DNA of 64,000 nt from a virus. The position numbers and the translations under genes are program-made. Below are positions 17,280 to 25,692 of the stretch, piece after piece (the stretch's first letter is position 1; each line of letters opens with the position of its first letter). The notes below the pieces were generated by a model. That model was not told the origin of the DNA. It saw only the letters and a list, made by a program, of their open reading frames with translations, and ran no database searches. The stretch is from positions 1-64,000 of the IMG/VR virus record IMGVR_UViG_3300042940_003205. One strand, given 5' to 3'.

Positions 17280-17668
17280 TTCTTTATTCCACAAGTTTTA
17301 CAATGTTTGCACAATTTGTCATTTATCAAAGATGACAAAGCCATCAACAGTCCACCAAACACCATAAATATATTGAATAAATCAAATTGAATTCCATTAT
17401 GATGGTTATGATGATGCATCAATCTGCCAATTACAAAAATAAACAATCCTAATGCTAAAACAGCTACAGCTTTATTAGATTTGTGTTGTCTATATCCAAA
17501 ACATACATTTGTTATATTAAATAATAATGAAAGCCCCAATAATGCGAATTCAAAAGTTTCATTAATAAATAGATAAACACCAGTAGTTGGTATTAATATA
17601 ATAAGCAAAGGCACTATAGTACAATGAACGGCACAAATTATAGATGCCCACAATCCAACTTTCTTCAT
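17276..17668 (-). CDS. MerC-domain membrane protein (4 TM) with a His-rich loop
   Basis: GLWASIICAVHC, GYRQHK, four hydrophobic helices, HHHNHHN, C-terminal CKHCKTC. Confidence 0.8.
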   Translation of the reverse strand: MKKVGLWASIICAVHCTIVPLLIILIPTTGVYLFINETFEFALLGLSLLFNITNVCFGYRQHKSNKAVAVLALGLFIFVIGRLMHHHNHHNGIQFDLFNIFMVFGGLLMALSSLINDKLCKHCKTCGIKK

Positions 17669-19356
17669 TTCATCTTCTCTTTTGCTATTTCATGTACTAA
17701 TAAAGACTTCTCTTTAATTGTATCTTTTGCTGACTCTAAAAGGCTTGATATTAATTCTATATTTTGACTCTTACCATCTTCTTCAATGGAGTTCTTTAGG
17801 TCTTTCAAATCATTCATATCTTCGTTATTTAATACATTTGTTCTAAGTAATTCTTCAATTTGAATTTCACAATCATAAAGAAGATCGTGCATATTTGTAA
17901 TCTTTCTAAAACGCTCATCCTCTTCTTTGTGTTTTTGTGCATCATCAATAATTTTTGATATCTCTTCACTTGATAACGATGCTTGGCCAGTAATCTCAAT
18001 ATCTTTGTTGACTCCAGTATCCAGATCTTGAGCCTTGACTGAAAGTATACCATTTGCATCAATTTCAAATGCCACTTCAATTTTGGGTAATCCTCTAGAT
18101 TTCTCTTCAATACCACTAAGCTTAAATTCTCCAAGACACAAATTATCAACTGTTTTTGGTCTTTCTCCCTGATATATCTTTACATCAACAGAAGATTGAT
18201 TGTCATATGCAGTTGTAAAGATTTCCTTAACAACTGCTGGAACTTGGGTATTTCTTGAAACTAATATACTCATAATTCCACCTTGAGTCTCTACACCTAA
18301 TGAAAGAGGGCAGACATCTAAAAGAAACACTTCTCTGCTTGATTTTCCTGTCAAAACCGATGCTTGGATTGCTGCCCCTATCGATACGGCTTCATCTGGA
18401 TTAATTGACTTATTTGGCTTTTTTCCGAACTTTTCTTCAATGACTCTTTCAATCATTGGAATTCTAGTACTTCCACCAACAAAAACAACTTCATCAATTT
18501 TGTCAGACTTTACATTTGCGTCTCTTAATGCATCATTTACACAAGCTAAAGTTTTATCTATGTAAGTCTTAATTGACGTTTCGAATTCTTCACGAGTAAT
18601 TTTTGTTAGTTCTTTTCCAACCAAAACATTTGCTACTGTCATATGAGAAAGCATTTTTTTGGCTTTCTCTGATATGTTTCTAAGTTCAGCAGGGCTCAAT
18701 GTATTAGTAATTTTATTACAAATGATTTCACTTATAGCAGAATCAAAGTCTACACCGCCAAGAGATGTATTTCCTGAGGTAGATTGGACGTGAAAATCAA
18801 CTCCATCCATTAGTTTAAGCAAGGTTACATCAAATGTTCCACCACCAAGATCATAAACAAGAATAGTGGCATCATTCTTCTTATCTAATCCATATGCCAA
18901 AGATGCTGCTGTTGGTTCATTGATAATTCGTAAGACTTTCAACCCAGCTAATTCTCCAGCTGTTTTTGTTGATTGTCTTTGGTCATTGTTAAAATAAGCT
19001 GGAACAGTAATTACAGCTTCAGTAACTTCAGATCCTAAATGTCTTTCAGCACAATTTTTTAAATATTTTAATATGTAAGATGAAATTTCTTCTGGACTGT
19101 AAGATTTATCTTCAATGACAAATCTCTTATTAGTTCCCATATGTCTTTTAACAACACGTATAGTATGAGAAAAGGGCAAATGCTGTTCCATATCAACAGC
19201 ATATTGCCCTATATATACTTCATCTCCAAATGATACAACACTTGGAGTAATTCTTTCGCCTAAATCGTTTGGAATAACTTCTGCTTGATCATTCTCATTT
19301 ACATAAGAAACAACACTAAAAGTAGACCCTAAATCAATTCCAATAGCATGACTCAT
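17665..19356 (-). CDS. dnaK: Hsp70 / DnaK chaperone (compact, 563 aa)
   Basis: GIDLGST, TVPAYF, RIINEPTAA, DLGGGTFDV, VGGSTRIP, NPDEAV, linker LLDVCPLSLG, IDANGIL. Confidence 0.95.
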   Translation of the reverse strand: MSHAIGIDLGSTFSVVSYVNENDQAEVIPNDLGERITPSVVSFGDEVYIGQYAVDMEQHLPFSHTIRVVKRHMGTNKRFVIEDKSYSPEEISSYILKYLKNCAERHLGSEVTEAVITVPAYFNNDQRQSTKTAGELAGLKVLRIINEPTAASLAYGLDKKNDATILVYDLGGGTFDVTLLKLMDGVDFHVQSTSGNTSLGGVDFDSAISEIICNKITNTLSPAELRNISEKAKKMLSHMTVANVLVGKELTKITREEFETSIKTYIDKTLACVNDALRDANVKSDKIDEVVFVGGSTRIPMIERVIEEKFGKKPNKSINPDEAVSIGAAIQASVLTGKSSREVFLLDVCPLSLGVETQGGIMSILVSRNTQVPAVVKEIFTTAYDNQSSVDVKIYQGERPKTVDNLCLGEFKLSGIEEKSRGLPKIEVAFEIDANGILSVKAQDLDTGVNKDIEITGQASLSSEEISKIIDDAQKHKEEDERFRKITNMHDLLYDCEIQIEELLRTNVLNNEDMNDLKDLKNSIEEDGKSQNIELISSLLESAKDTIKEKSLLVHEIAKEKMK

Positions 19357-19369
19357 AATAATAATTGTA
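19357..19369 (-). promoter_or_regulatory. -10 box TACAAT 7 nt upstream of the dnaK ATG (leaderless start)
   Basis: TACAAT-TATTATT-ATG, no SD. Confidence 0.5.
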
Positions 19370-19371
19370 CA

Positions 19372-19725
19372 TTATTCTGAGTCTTCTGGTAAAACCGTGC
19401 CTCCTGGAACATATCCTTCCATTAATTCTTTCAATGAATCTTTATTATCTAACTTTTTCTTAAAGTCCAATGTTTCTTTTTTTGTTATTGGTCCGTTAGG
19501 AGATAATTTACTCTCATCTTTTGGCAAATTAGATCTGTAATCGTGAGCCATAGACATAAGTTGAGTAACTGCAAATGTGTCTTTACATTTTGGGCATCTC
19601 ATAATGGCATGCACTTCTACTTCTGATTTAGGAAGCCACCCAAGATGAGAGGCTTTAGTAAATTGTGCTTTGCAATTACGATTAAGACAACATTTAGGTT
19701 TGCCGACGATAGTTTGATGAAACAT
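19372..19725 (-). CDS. Zn-ribbon hypothetical protein
   Basis: CCLNRNC and CPKC pairs; start reassigned to ATG 19725 behind a GGAGGT SD. Confidence 0.65.
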   Translation of the reverse strand: MFHQTIVGKPKCCLNRNCKAQFTKASHLGWLPKSEVEVHAIMRCPKCKDTFAVTQLMSMAHDYRSNLPKDESKLSPNGPITKKETLDFKKKLDNKDSLKELMEGYVPGGTVLPEDSE

Positions 19726-19755
19726 AGCACACCTCCAATGCGCAATAGGCACTTT

Positions 19756-19786
19756 ATTATTCCTTGCAAAACATATCTCAACTTTT
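19756..19786 (-). promoter_or_regulatory. Putative late promoter variant AAAAG-N17-AGGAATAAT
   Basis: One mismatch to the recurring motif. Confidence 0.3.
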
Positions 19787-19834
19787 ATTAAGAAATCTTA
19801 ATAGGATACAAACTTGCTTATGGTGTATACTATT

Positions 19835-19876
19835 ATAGTCCACTGGCGGATAAATTGATGCCAGTGGACTATTTTT
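19835..19876 (+). promoter_or_regulatory. 13-bp perfect hairpin with GATAAATT loop, leader of the micro-ORF
   Basis: atagtccactggc / gccagtggactat, 12-nt loop, short T run; TATACT at 19826-19831 just upstream. Confidence 0.65.
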
Positions 19877-19890
19877 ATGTAAGGAGGTAA

Positions 19891-19968
19891 ATGATTATGA
19901 AGATTTTTGAACAACTAGAAGAAATGATGAATCAAGTAATTTCAGCTTTATTCAGAGTAGAATTGTAA
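19891..19968 (+). CDS. Unannotated 25-aa peptide MIMKIFEQLEEMMNQVISALFRVEL
   Basis: Perfect AAGGAGGT SD at 19881-19888 (alternative ATG 19897 gives canonical spacing), upstream -10, downstream hairpin. Confidence 0.6.
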   Translation: MIMKIFEQLEEMMNQVISALFRVEL

Positions 19969-19976
19969 GGCAACTT

Positions 19977-20002
19977 ATAATCTACAATGGCGTAGATTAT
20001 TT
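19977..20002. terminator. Weak hairpin between the convergent micro-ORF and helicase
   Basis: 9-bp stem ataatctac/gtagattat, 6-nt loop, overlaps the helicase stop. Confidence 0.45.
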
Positions 20003-21763
20003 CAACTCATACATCTTCCAAGCACGTTCATTCTTATATACTTTCTTTCTCATATTTACGTGAGATCTCAAATTCTTATGACTTGAAGCGAAATCAATAA
20101 TAACAGCTTCAGGTTTTCCGTTTTTAATAGAGTCCTCAACATTTTTGCCAACACATCTAAGTACTCTACCAACTTGCTGGTATGTAGTAACTGGTGATGA
20201 ATTAGTACCAGCAAGAATTAAACCAGCAATCCTTGGAGCATCAACACCAACATTAGCCCATTGAGTTGCTATCAATATTATTTCATTATTCTCAACAGAA
20301 TTAAGCATTCTTCGGCGATAATTCTTTTCCTCATCAGTAGGATCAACTTCGCCTTTGTCACCACCAGGAACAAACACAGCATCTTCAATCATTCCCTCAA
20401 GAATATTGCCGTGTTCCATTCTTTCAACAAGAATAAGAGTTGGTATACCTTTTGCTTTCATTCCTTCAGCAAACTGTTTGATTCTGAAATTTCTTTCCCA
20501 GCAGTTAATAATATTCAGATTGTAAACTTCGTGATAAGTTTGACCAGGTTCTACAGTGTTGATATTCACTACAAAAATCTTAGGTGGAACTAGGAAACCA
20601 CGCTCGACAAGATCGCTAGCACTAACTTCACAGACTTTTCCACCTAGTGTTCCTTCAATTCTGATTTCTTGATTGTCAGTACGGAAAGGAGTGGCACTTA
20701 AACCTAGCCTATAATAAGCGTTTTTTGCCTGATTTCCAATTTCTTCAGTCACAACAGCAGCCAAGTGTGCTTCATCAATAATCAAAGCATTACAGCATTG
20801 AATTACGTTTCTTACTTGAGCTTTCTGAAATAAAGTATCTTGCCTATTATCCCAAGCTGTTTGTGCCTTCCTATATGCTGCCAATTCAGTCTTAATCAAT
20901 AAGCCGATTTCACGTTCATATTTTTTCCGTAATTTATCTGCATCTTTTGATTGATTTTCTTCAGCTGTTTCAACTTGGACATATAAGTCAGAAAGTTTAC
21001 CTGATGCAATTTGACGGGCTTTTTTGTATTTAGTGGTGGCTTCATCTAATTCTTTTTGAAGAAGTCCAGTAGGTTTGGAGCCCTCACCTGTATCTTCAAC
21101 TATTTTGTTATTACTTTCCATATATTTCTTATCAAAAGCAATAAGAGCAGTTTGGTAGGTAATGACATTGATACCTTCCATATTGATATCGCAGAGACCA
21201 CCTCCAGCAATACCAACTTTTACAGGTTCACCATTTATTTTTAAATATTTCTCAAATTCTTTTTGAGTTTGCTTAAGTAATTCAATAGCTGGAACAACAA
21301 ATACCACTGGCTTGACCTTAAGTTTGTGGAAAATATAACAAGAAGTCATAGTCTTTCCAGCACCAGTAGCAAGAGCAAGCATCCCACGTTGATTTTTAAG
21401 CGCTAAATCTCCAGAAATTGTTTGGTAATCTCTAAGATCTTTACCCATAAAATCACAGGCAATATTGTAATCTCTAACAGGCTTTTCTCTTTTGTCTGTA
21501 AATTTGTATTGCACATTCAATTCATCAAATAAACGAGCAACACGCATAGTTAAACCAGTGGGAAAAGATTGATTTCTTTTTATATAAAGAGAAATTTTTC
21601 CATCCCACTGACCTGTCTTGTATTTAGCAGACCATTCAGAATCAGGAACTTTATATGACAATTCGTTTCTTAAAGCTTCTTGATAAGGAAAAGGTAATTT
21701 TCCCATAGGATCATCAAGATTTACGATAATGCTTTTGTCATTGTAAACTTCAACTTCTACCAT
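19997..21763 (-). CDS. Superfamily 2 (UvsW/Rad25-like) DNA helicase with a coiled-coil insertion
   Basis: Q-motif LRDYQ, LATGAGKT, DEAH, GLSATPFR, QQVGRVLR; N-terminal WDGKISL typical of UvsW-like phage helicases. Confidence 0.88.
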   Translation of the reverse strand: MVEVEVYNDKSIIVNLDDPMGKLPFPYQEALRNELSYKVPDSEWSAKYKTGQWDGKISLYIKRNQSFPTGLTMRVARLFDELNVQYKFTDKREKPVRDYNIACDFMGKDLRDYQTISGDLALKNQRGMLALATGAGKTMTSCYIFHKLKVKPVVFVVPAIELLKQTQKEFEKYLKINGEPVKVGIAGGGLCDINMEGINVITYQTALIAFDKKYMESNNKIVEDTGEGSKPTGLLQKELDEATTKYKKARQIASGKLSDLYVQVETAEENQSKDADKLRKKYEREIGLLIKTELAAYRKAQTAWDNRQDTLFQKAQVRNVIQCCNALIIDEAHLAAVVTEEIGNQAKNAYYRLGLSATPFRTDNQEIRIEGTLGGKVCEVSASDLVERGFLVPPKIFVVNINTVEPGQTYHEVYNLNIINCWERNFRIKQFAEGMKAKGIPTLILVERMEHGNILEGMIEDAVFVPGGDKGEVDPTDEEKNYRRRMLNSVENNEIILIATQWANVGVDAPRIAGLILAGTNSSPVTTYQQVGRVLRCVGKNVEDSIKNGKPEAVIIDFASSHKNLRSHVNMRKKVYKNERAWKMYELK

Positions 21764-21778
21764 TCAGCAAGTATACCA
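21764..21778 (-). promoter_or_regulatory. Extended -10 TG-G-TATACT 6 nt upstream of the helicase ATG (leaderless)
   Basis: TGGTATACT-TGCTGA-ATG, no SD, immediately downstream of a terminator. Confidence 0.6.
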
Positions 21779-21780
21779 TT

Positions 21781-21822
21781 AAAACAAAACAACCATTTTG
21801 TTGGGATCAACAAAATGGTTGT
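21781..21822 (-). terminator. Intrinsic terminator after the dnaJ transcription unit
   Basis: 15-bp perfect stem acaaccattttgttg/caacaaaatggttgt, 4-nt loop, TTTGTTTT on the minus strand. Confidence 0.75.
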
Positions 21823-21839
21823 CTCTTGATAAAACATCC

Positions 21840-22274
21840 TTAACGATGATTCATTGCGTTGAATTTATTGACAACAATTTCAATTTGTTTTGGCTTCTTG
21901 CCTACAAATGTTTCCAGTGTAGAAAGAACAAGCATATGAATCTTGTCAACATCTTCTTCGGATAATTCAATACCCTTCTGAACACAACCTAAACGAATAA
22001 ATCTCACAAACTGATCAACAGCATCATCCTGTGAAAATTCTCCATCTTGGATCTGCTTCAATCCTTCAATCCAAATATCTAAAATGCCATCAGCTTTATC
22101 GCCTAGCTTACTACGTAGAACAAGCTTCACAACTTCAAGGGTTTGTAAAGCTGCAGCACCTTCAGATTTAGACTTTGCCAAGAAGAAGAAGACTACACTA
22201 CCAAGGATGAAACAAATTACATAAACAATAATTTCATTCTGTGTTGATTTGAGAAAATTATTTACTAATTCCAT
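21840..22274 (-). CDS. Single-TM membrane protein, LL-H-holin-like
   Basis: N-terminal TM IIVYVICFILGSVVFFFLA, helical cytoplasmic domain with KGIELSEEDVDKI; AAGGA SD before ATG 22274. Confidence 0.4.
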   Translation of the reverse strand: MELVNNFLKSTQNEIIVYVICFILGSVVFFFLAKSKSEGAAALQTLEVVKLVLRSKLGDKADGILDIWIEGLKQIQDGEFSQDDAVDQFVRFIRLGCVQKGIELSEEDVDKIHMLVLSTLETFVGKKPKQIEIVVNKFNAMNHR

Positions 22275-22276
22275 AA

Positions 22277-22495
22277 TTAACAATCCTTAGCTATAACTGA
22301 ATCATCTTCATCAGATGCATTAGGGTCTAAATCCATATCTGTTGTCAATGGAATAACCAATTCATCTTTGATTTGTGCGGTGACAGTTTCATCTTTCTTT
22401 TCATCTGCCCAAACAAGATTATCTGCAATTACTTCTTCACCTTCTGCATTAGTGAACTTTTCGATCTTGCCTGTAGCTCTCTTTACCATACTCAT
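22277..22495 (-). CDS. Small acidic hypothetical protein
   Basis: 72 aa, ATGA-coupled to the dnaJ stop. Confidence 0.6.
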   Translation of the reverse strand: MSMVKRATGKIEKFTNAEGEEVIADNLVWADEKKDETVTAQIKDELVIPLTTDMDLDPNASDEDDSVIAKDC

Positions 22496-23475
22496 AACAT
22501 TTGTCTCCTTTTCCTAGATTCGACATATGATTTTAAAAATTGTGATTCTTCATCAGAAATTTCTTTAGGAATTTTATACATAATTTTGAGGTGTAAGTCA
22601 GAATATGCATCATTTGATGTTGGAATACCTTTGTTTTTAACTATATGCACGTAACCATTCTTCAAGCTGGTATTGAACTTGAAATTTAACTTAGTACCAT
22701 TTACATGAGAGTATTTAAATTCTGGATCAATCAAAGCCATAATAGGATCTATTTCAAATTCGTGAATTAAATTTAAATTAGGATCAATTTCAAATTTATC
22801 TCTTGCTTTAGTAATTACTTCCACGATTAATGGGCCTGGAGCTTGATGTATATCTCCGTGATTTCCTCTGCCTTGTATCATTGAAGATCTGTAAACGTGA
22901 CCTTTGTTTATTGTCAAATCAAAGTTTTCATACATTTTTACAAAACCAGATCCAGAACAATAATTACAAAATGAATCAAATTTTTCACCACGCCCATAAC
23001 AATCACCGCAAGGACCAGCATATTCTCGGATGTGCATAAACCCCAAGTTACGTACTATATAATGTTCACCAGAACCCATACAGGTCATACAAATATTTTT
23101 ATTACCACTTCCACCAATTCCTGAACAGCCCCCACAAGGTACAAGACGTTCATAATTTAAGTTTTTAACTACATTTTTATAAACTTCTTCCAATTCTAAT
23201 TCAATCTTTAATGTTATCGGTGTGTTAAGATTTTTTCGGAATGGGTTATGTGCTGTGTTTCTAAAAGGATTTGCAGGAGGTTCAAAATGATGCTGAGGAG
23301 GTGGAGGATTTAAAATATCTTCATAAGCTTGAGATATTTCTTTGAATTTTTCTTCTGCTCCAATTTCTTTGTTCACATCAGGATGATATTGCTTTGCTAA
23401 CTTCCTGTATGCTTTTTTTGCATCATCTACTGAAGCATTGTGAAGCAAACCTAGAATATCATATGGATTCGGCAT
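22492..23475 (-). CDS. dnaJ: DnaJ (class A-like) co-chaperone lacking the G/F region
   Basis: J-domain with HPD, four CxxCxGxG repeats, C-terminal substrate-binding domain. Confidence 0.92.
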   Translation of the reverse strand: MPNPYDILGLLHNASVDDAKKAYRKLAKQYHPDVNKEIGAEEKFKEISQAYEDILNPPPPQHHFEPPANPFRNTAHNPFRKNLNTPITLKIELELEEVYKNVVKNLNYERLVPCGGCSGIGGSGNKNICMTCMGSGEHYIVRNLGFMHIREYAGPCGDCYGRGEKFDSFCNYCSGSGFVKMYENFDLTINKGHVYRSSMIQGRGNHGDIHQAPGPLIVEVITKARDKFEIDPNLNLIHEFEIDPIMALIDPEFKYSHVNGTKLNFKFNTSLKNGYVHIVKNKGIPTSNDAYSDLHLKIMYKIPKEISDEESQFLKSYVESRKRRQML

Positions 23476-23487
23476 AAAATCATTATA
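23476..23487 (-). promoter_or_regulatory. -10 box TATAAT 6 nt upstream of the dnaJ ATG (leaderless)
   Basis: TATAAT-GATTTT-ATG, no SD; overlaps the upstream stop codon. Confidence 0.5.
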
Positions 23488-24157
23488 CTAATTTGGAAAG
23501 CATATTAGTAATTTTATTAGATGGACAAACAGCATTCTCACCAACGCCTATATCAGCGTGTTGTCCAGTTACACCCATAATAGTGCCGTAAACAAGATTG
23601 TCTGTACCTATAACCATACCGCCTGATGAACCTTCCAAGATATCAGCATCAACGAAAATAATGTCATTCCAAGCTGGCATATTTACGTCATTTATACTTT
23701 GGTGCAGATTAGATACTCTTCCAACTGTTGCTGTGTCGTGAAATCCTTCTGGAGATCCTATAACTGCAACAATGTCTCCCACTTCTACTGTGTCACTGTT
23801 GGCAAATTGTAAAGCAGGAATATTTGATGGAATTCTTTCTGCTCTTACTGCTCCAGAATCAATTGTAGGATCAGAAGTTAGAAAAGTGGCTGGAATAAAA
23901 TTTTTATTATCAAAAGTAATAAGAATTTCTGTCAAAGTTTCATCAGTTGGAACTACGTGTCCAGCGGTAATAATAATATTATTTCCAATGTGAAATCCAC
24001 TTCCAGACCAGTTTTTCTTTCCAGATCTCACATAAATGGAACAAGAAGCTTGAAGCCCCAATTGTATTGTTTTTTTAATTGGGTCTTCAAGCTTTTCTGT
24101 GCTCTGGCTAGTTTTAATCAAACTATCCAAATAATTAACATCTAATTTAAAATTCAT
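23483..24157 (-). CDS. Trypsin-like (S1, HtrA-type without PDZ) serine protease
   Basis: SGSGF, ITAGHVV (His), DSGAV (Asp), EGSSGG (Ser). Confidence 0.88.
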   Translation of the reverse strand: MNFKLDVNYLDSLIKTSQSTEKLEDPIKKTIQLGLQASCSIYVRSGKKNWSGSGFHIGNNIIITAGHVVPTDETLTEILITFDNKNFIPATFLTSDPTIDSGAVRAERIPSNIPALQFANSDTVEVGDIVAVIGSPEGFHDTATVGRVSNLHQSINDVNMPAWNDIIFVDADILEGSSGGMVIGTDNLVYGTIMGVTGQHADIGVGENAVCPSNKITNMLSKLV

Positions 24158-24612
24158 TGTATTACTTTATACAAAATCTCATTTTCTTCTAAAGTTCCAA
24201 ATCTTCTGCTATCATCTGAATTATCCAAATTATCTCCAATAAGATAATAATGGTTTTTTGGAACTTTTAATTCTAGCGTATAAGCATCATCAATATTTTT
24301 TGTTTGCACTATTGAACGATATGAATTATCAATAATAAGCTTGTAATATCCTTCTTTCTTCATTACATAATAGTAATATTCTTCTGGAGTATAAAGTATT
24401 CTTTTAACGATCAAGGATCTGTCATCACTCAAAGCAACTACTACATCGCTTTTTTTGAAATATTTAGTCTTTTTAGCTAACAAAATTTGCCCACTTTTGT
24501 AAGTAGGATACATCGATTGTCCAATAACTACAACTAACTTATAAGGCTGAAAATAAGCTAAAAGTAGCAATATACAACCAATGGCCAAAGAAACAATTAA
24601 TCTCTTTTTCAT
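24154..24612 (-). CDS. Signal peptidase I (S26)
   Basis: N-terminal TM, GQSMYPT (Ser), IVKRI (Lys), GDNLDNSDDSRRFG; GAGGTG SD. Confidence 0.9.
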   Translation of the reverse strand: MKKRLIVSLAIGCILLLLAYFQPYKLVVVIGQSMYPTYKSGQILLAKKTKYFKKSDVVVALSDDRSLIVKRILYTPEEYYYYVMKKEGYYKLIIDNSYRSIVQTKNIDDAYTLELKVPKNHYYLIGDNLDNSDDSRRFGTLEENEILYKVIQ

Positions 24613-24674
24613 GCTTCACCTCTTGTTGTAAAAGGAGCTGAAGACATTTCTTTTTTTTAGCTTTTTGCTCGTAG

Positions 24675-25637
24675 TTAAGATTTTTTAACAGTGATGTTTG
24701 ACCAATCAATATTTGCAAGTTTAGGAACACCAGGCCCCCAATTTTGTTCTTCTCCAGGTTGAACTTGATAATTTTGTAAACTTGAAATATTTCTCAATGC
24801 AACCATCATATCTTCTTGACAAAATTGGTTTCCAAATTCTGGTAGAAGATTCTGATTTTTCAATGCAGCTTTTATCAATGCACAAATACCAGCAACAAAT
24901 GGAGCTGATTGACTTGTGCCTGACATTTTACAATAGTTATTATTCAAATGAGTTGAATAAATATTAGTGCCTGGAGCAACAATGTCTACTGTAAAATCCC
25001 TTGAAGTGAAAGTGGCTAAATTTCCACTTTCATCTAATGCAGCAACAGCAATAACTTCATCGTATCTTGCTGGGTAATTTACTGCGTGTGAGTCGTTTCC
25101 GGCAGCTGCTATAACTACAATTCCTTTGGAAACTGCTTCTTTAATCAAATCGTGAATGAATGCTGGTGGTTCAGATGGTGCGCCTAAAGACATATTAATA
25201 ATGTCAACATCTAAATCAATTGCTTTTCTCAAACCTGCAGCAATTGTGTCATAACTTCCACCGCCATTATTGTCGAGAACTCTAATAGCATAGCATTTTG
25301 CTTTCGGAGCAACACCAACTACGCCAAAATCATTATCAGAACCAGCGATAATTCCAGCAACGTGTACTCCGTGACCACTACCTTGGTCGTTTACGCTTGC
25401 TTCAGATGTACAGTTGACAGCTTCATCAGCCTTCCAAGCTTCTACTAAATCAGGGTGTTCTGAAAATCCAGTATCAAGAATTGCAACTTTGATACCTTCA
25501 CCTTGCTTTGAAACTGCCCAGACCTCTTGAATATTTGCTAAGGCCATACCCCAGTTTTGAGTTTGAGACAATGCTGCAAAAGGAACTGGTGTAACCTTTA
25601 AATCTTCTTCAGGAATAAATTGAATCTTATCTTGCAT
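24675..25637 (-). CDS. Subtilisin-family (S8) protease, intracellular ISP-like
   Basis: LDTG, GHGVHVAG, AAGN, SGTSQSAP; no signal peptide or I9 propeptide; start reassigned to ATG 25637 behind GAGGTG. Confidence 0.93.
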   Translation of the reverse strand: MQDKIQFIPEEDLKVTPVPFAALSQTQNWGMALANIQEVWAVSKQGEGIKVAILDTGFSEHPDLVEAWKADEAVNCTSEASVNDQGSGHGVHVAGIIAGSDNDFGVVGVAPKAKCYAIRVLDNNGGGSYDTIAAGLRKAIDLDVDIINMSLGAPSEPPAFIHDLIKEAVSKGIVVIAAAGNDSHAVNYPARYDEVIAVAALDESGNLATFTSRDFTVDIVAPGTNIYSTHLNNNYCKMSGTSQSAPFVAGICALIKAALKNQNLLPEFGNQFCQEDMMVALRNISSLQNYQVQPGEEQNWGPGVPKLANIDWSNITVKKS

Positions 25638-25660
25638 TTTTTTCACCTCGATACAAGTAT

Positions 25661-25692
25661 ATTATTCTTTATATATTTTTCCTTATTCCTTT
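25661..25692 (-). promoter_or_regulatory. Putative late promoter AAAGG-N18-AAGAATAAT
   Basis: Consensus copy upstream of the protease trio. Confidence 0.5.
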
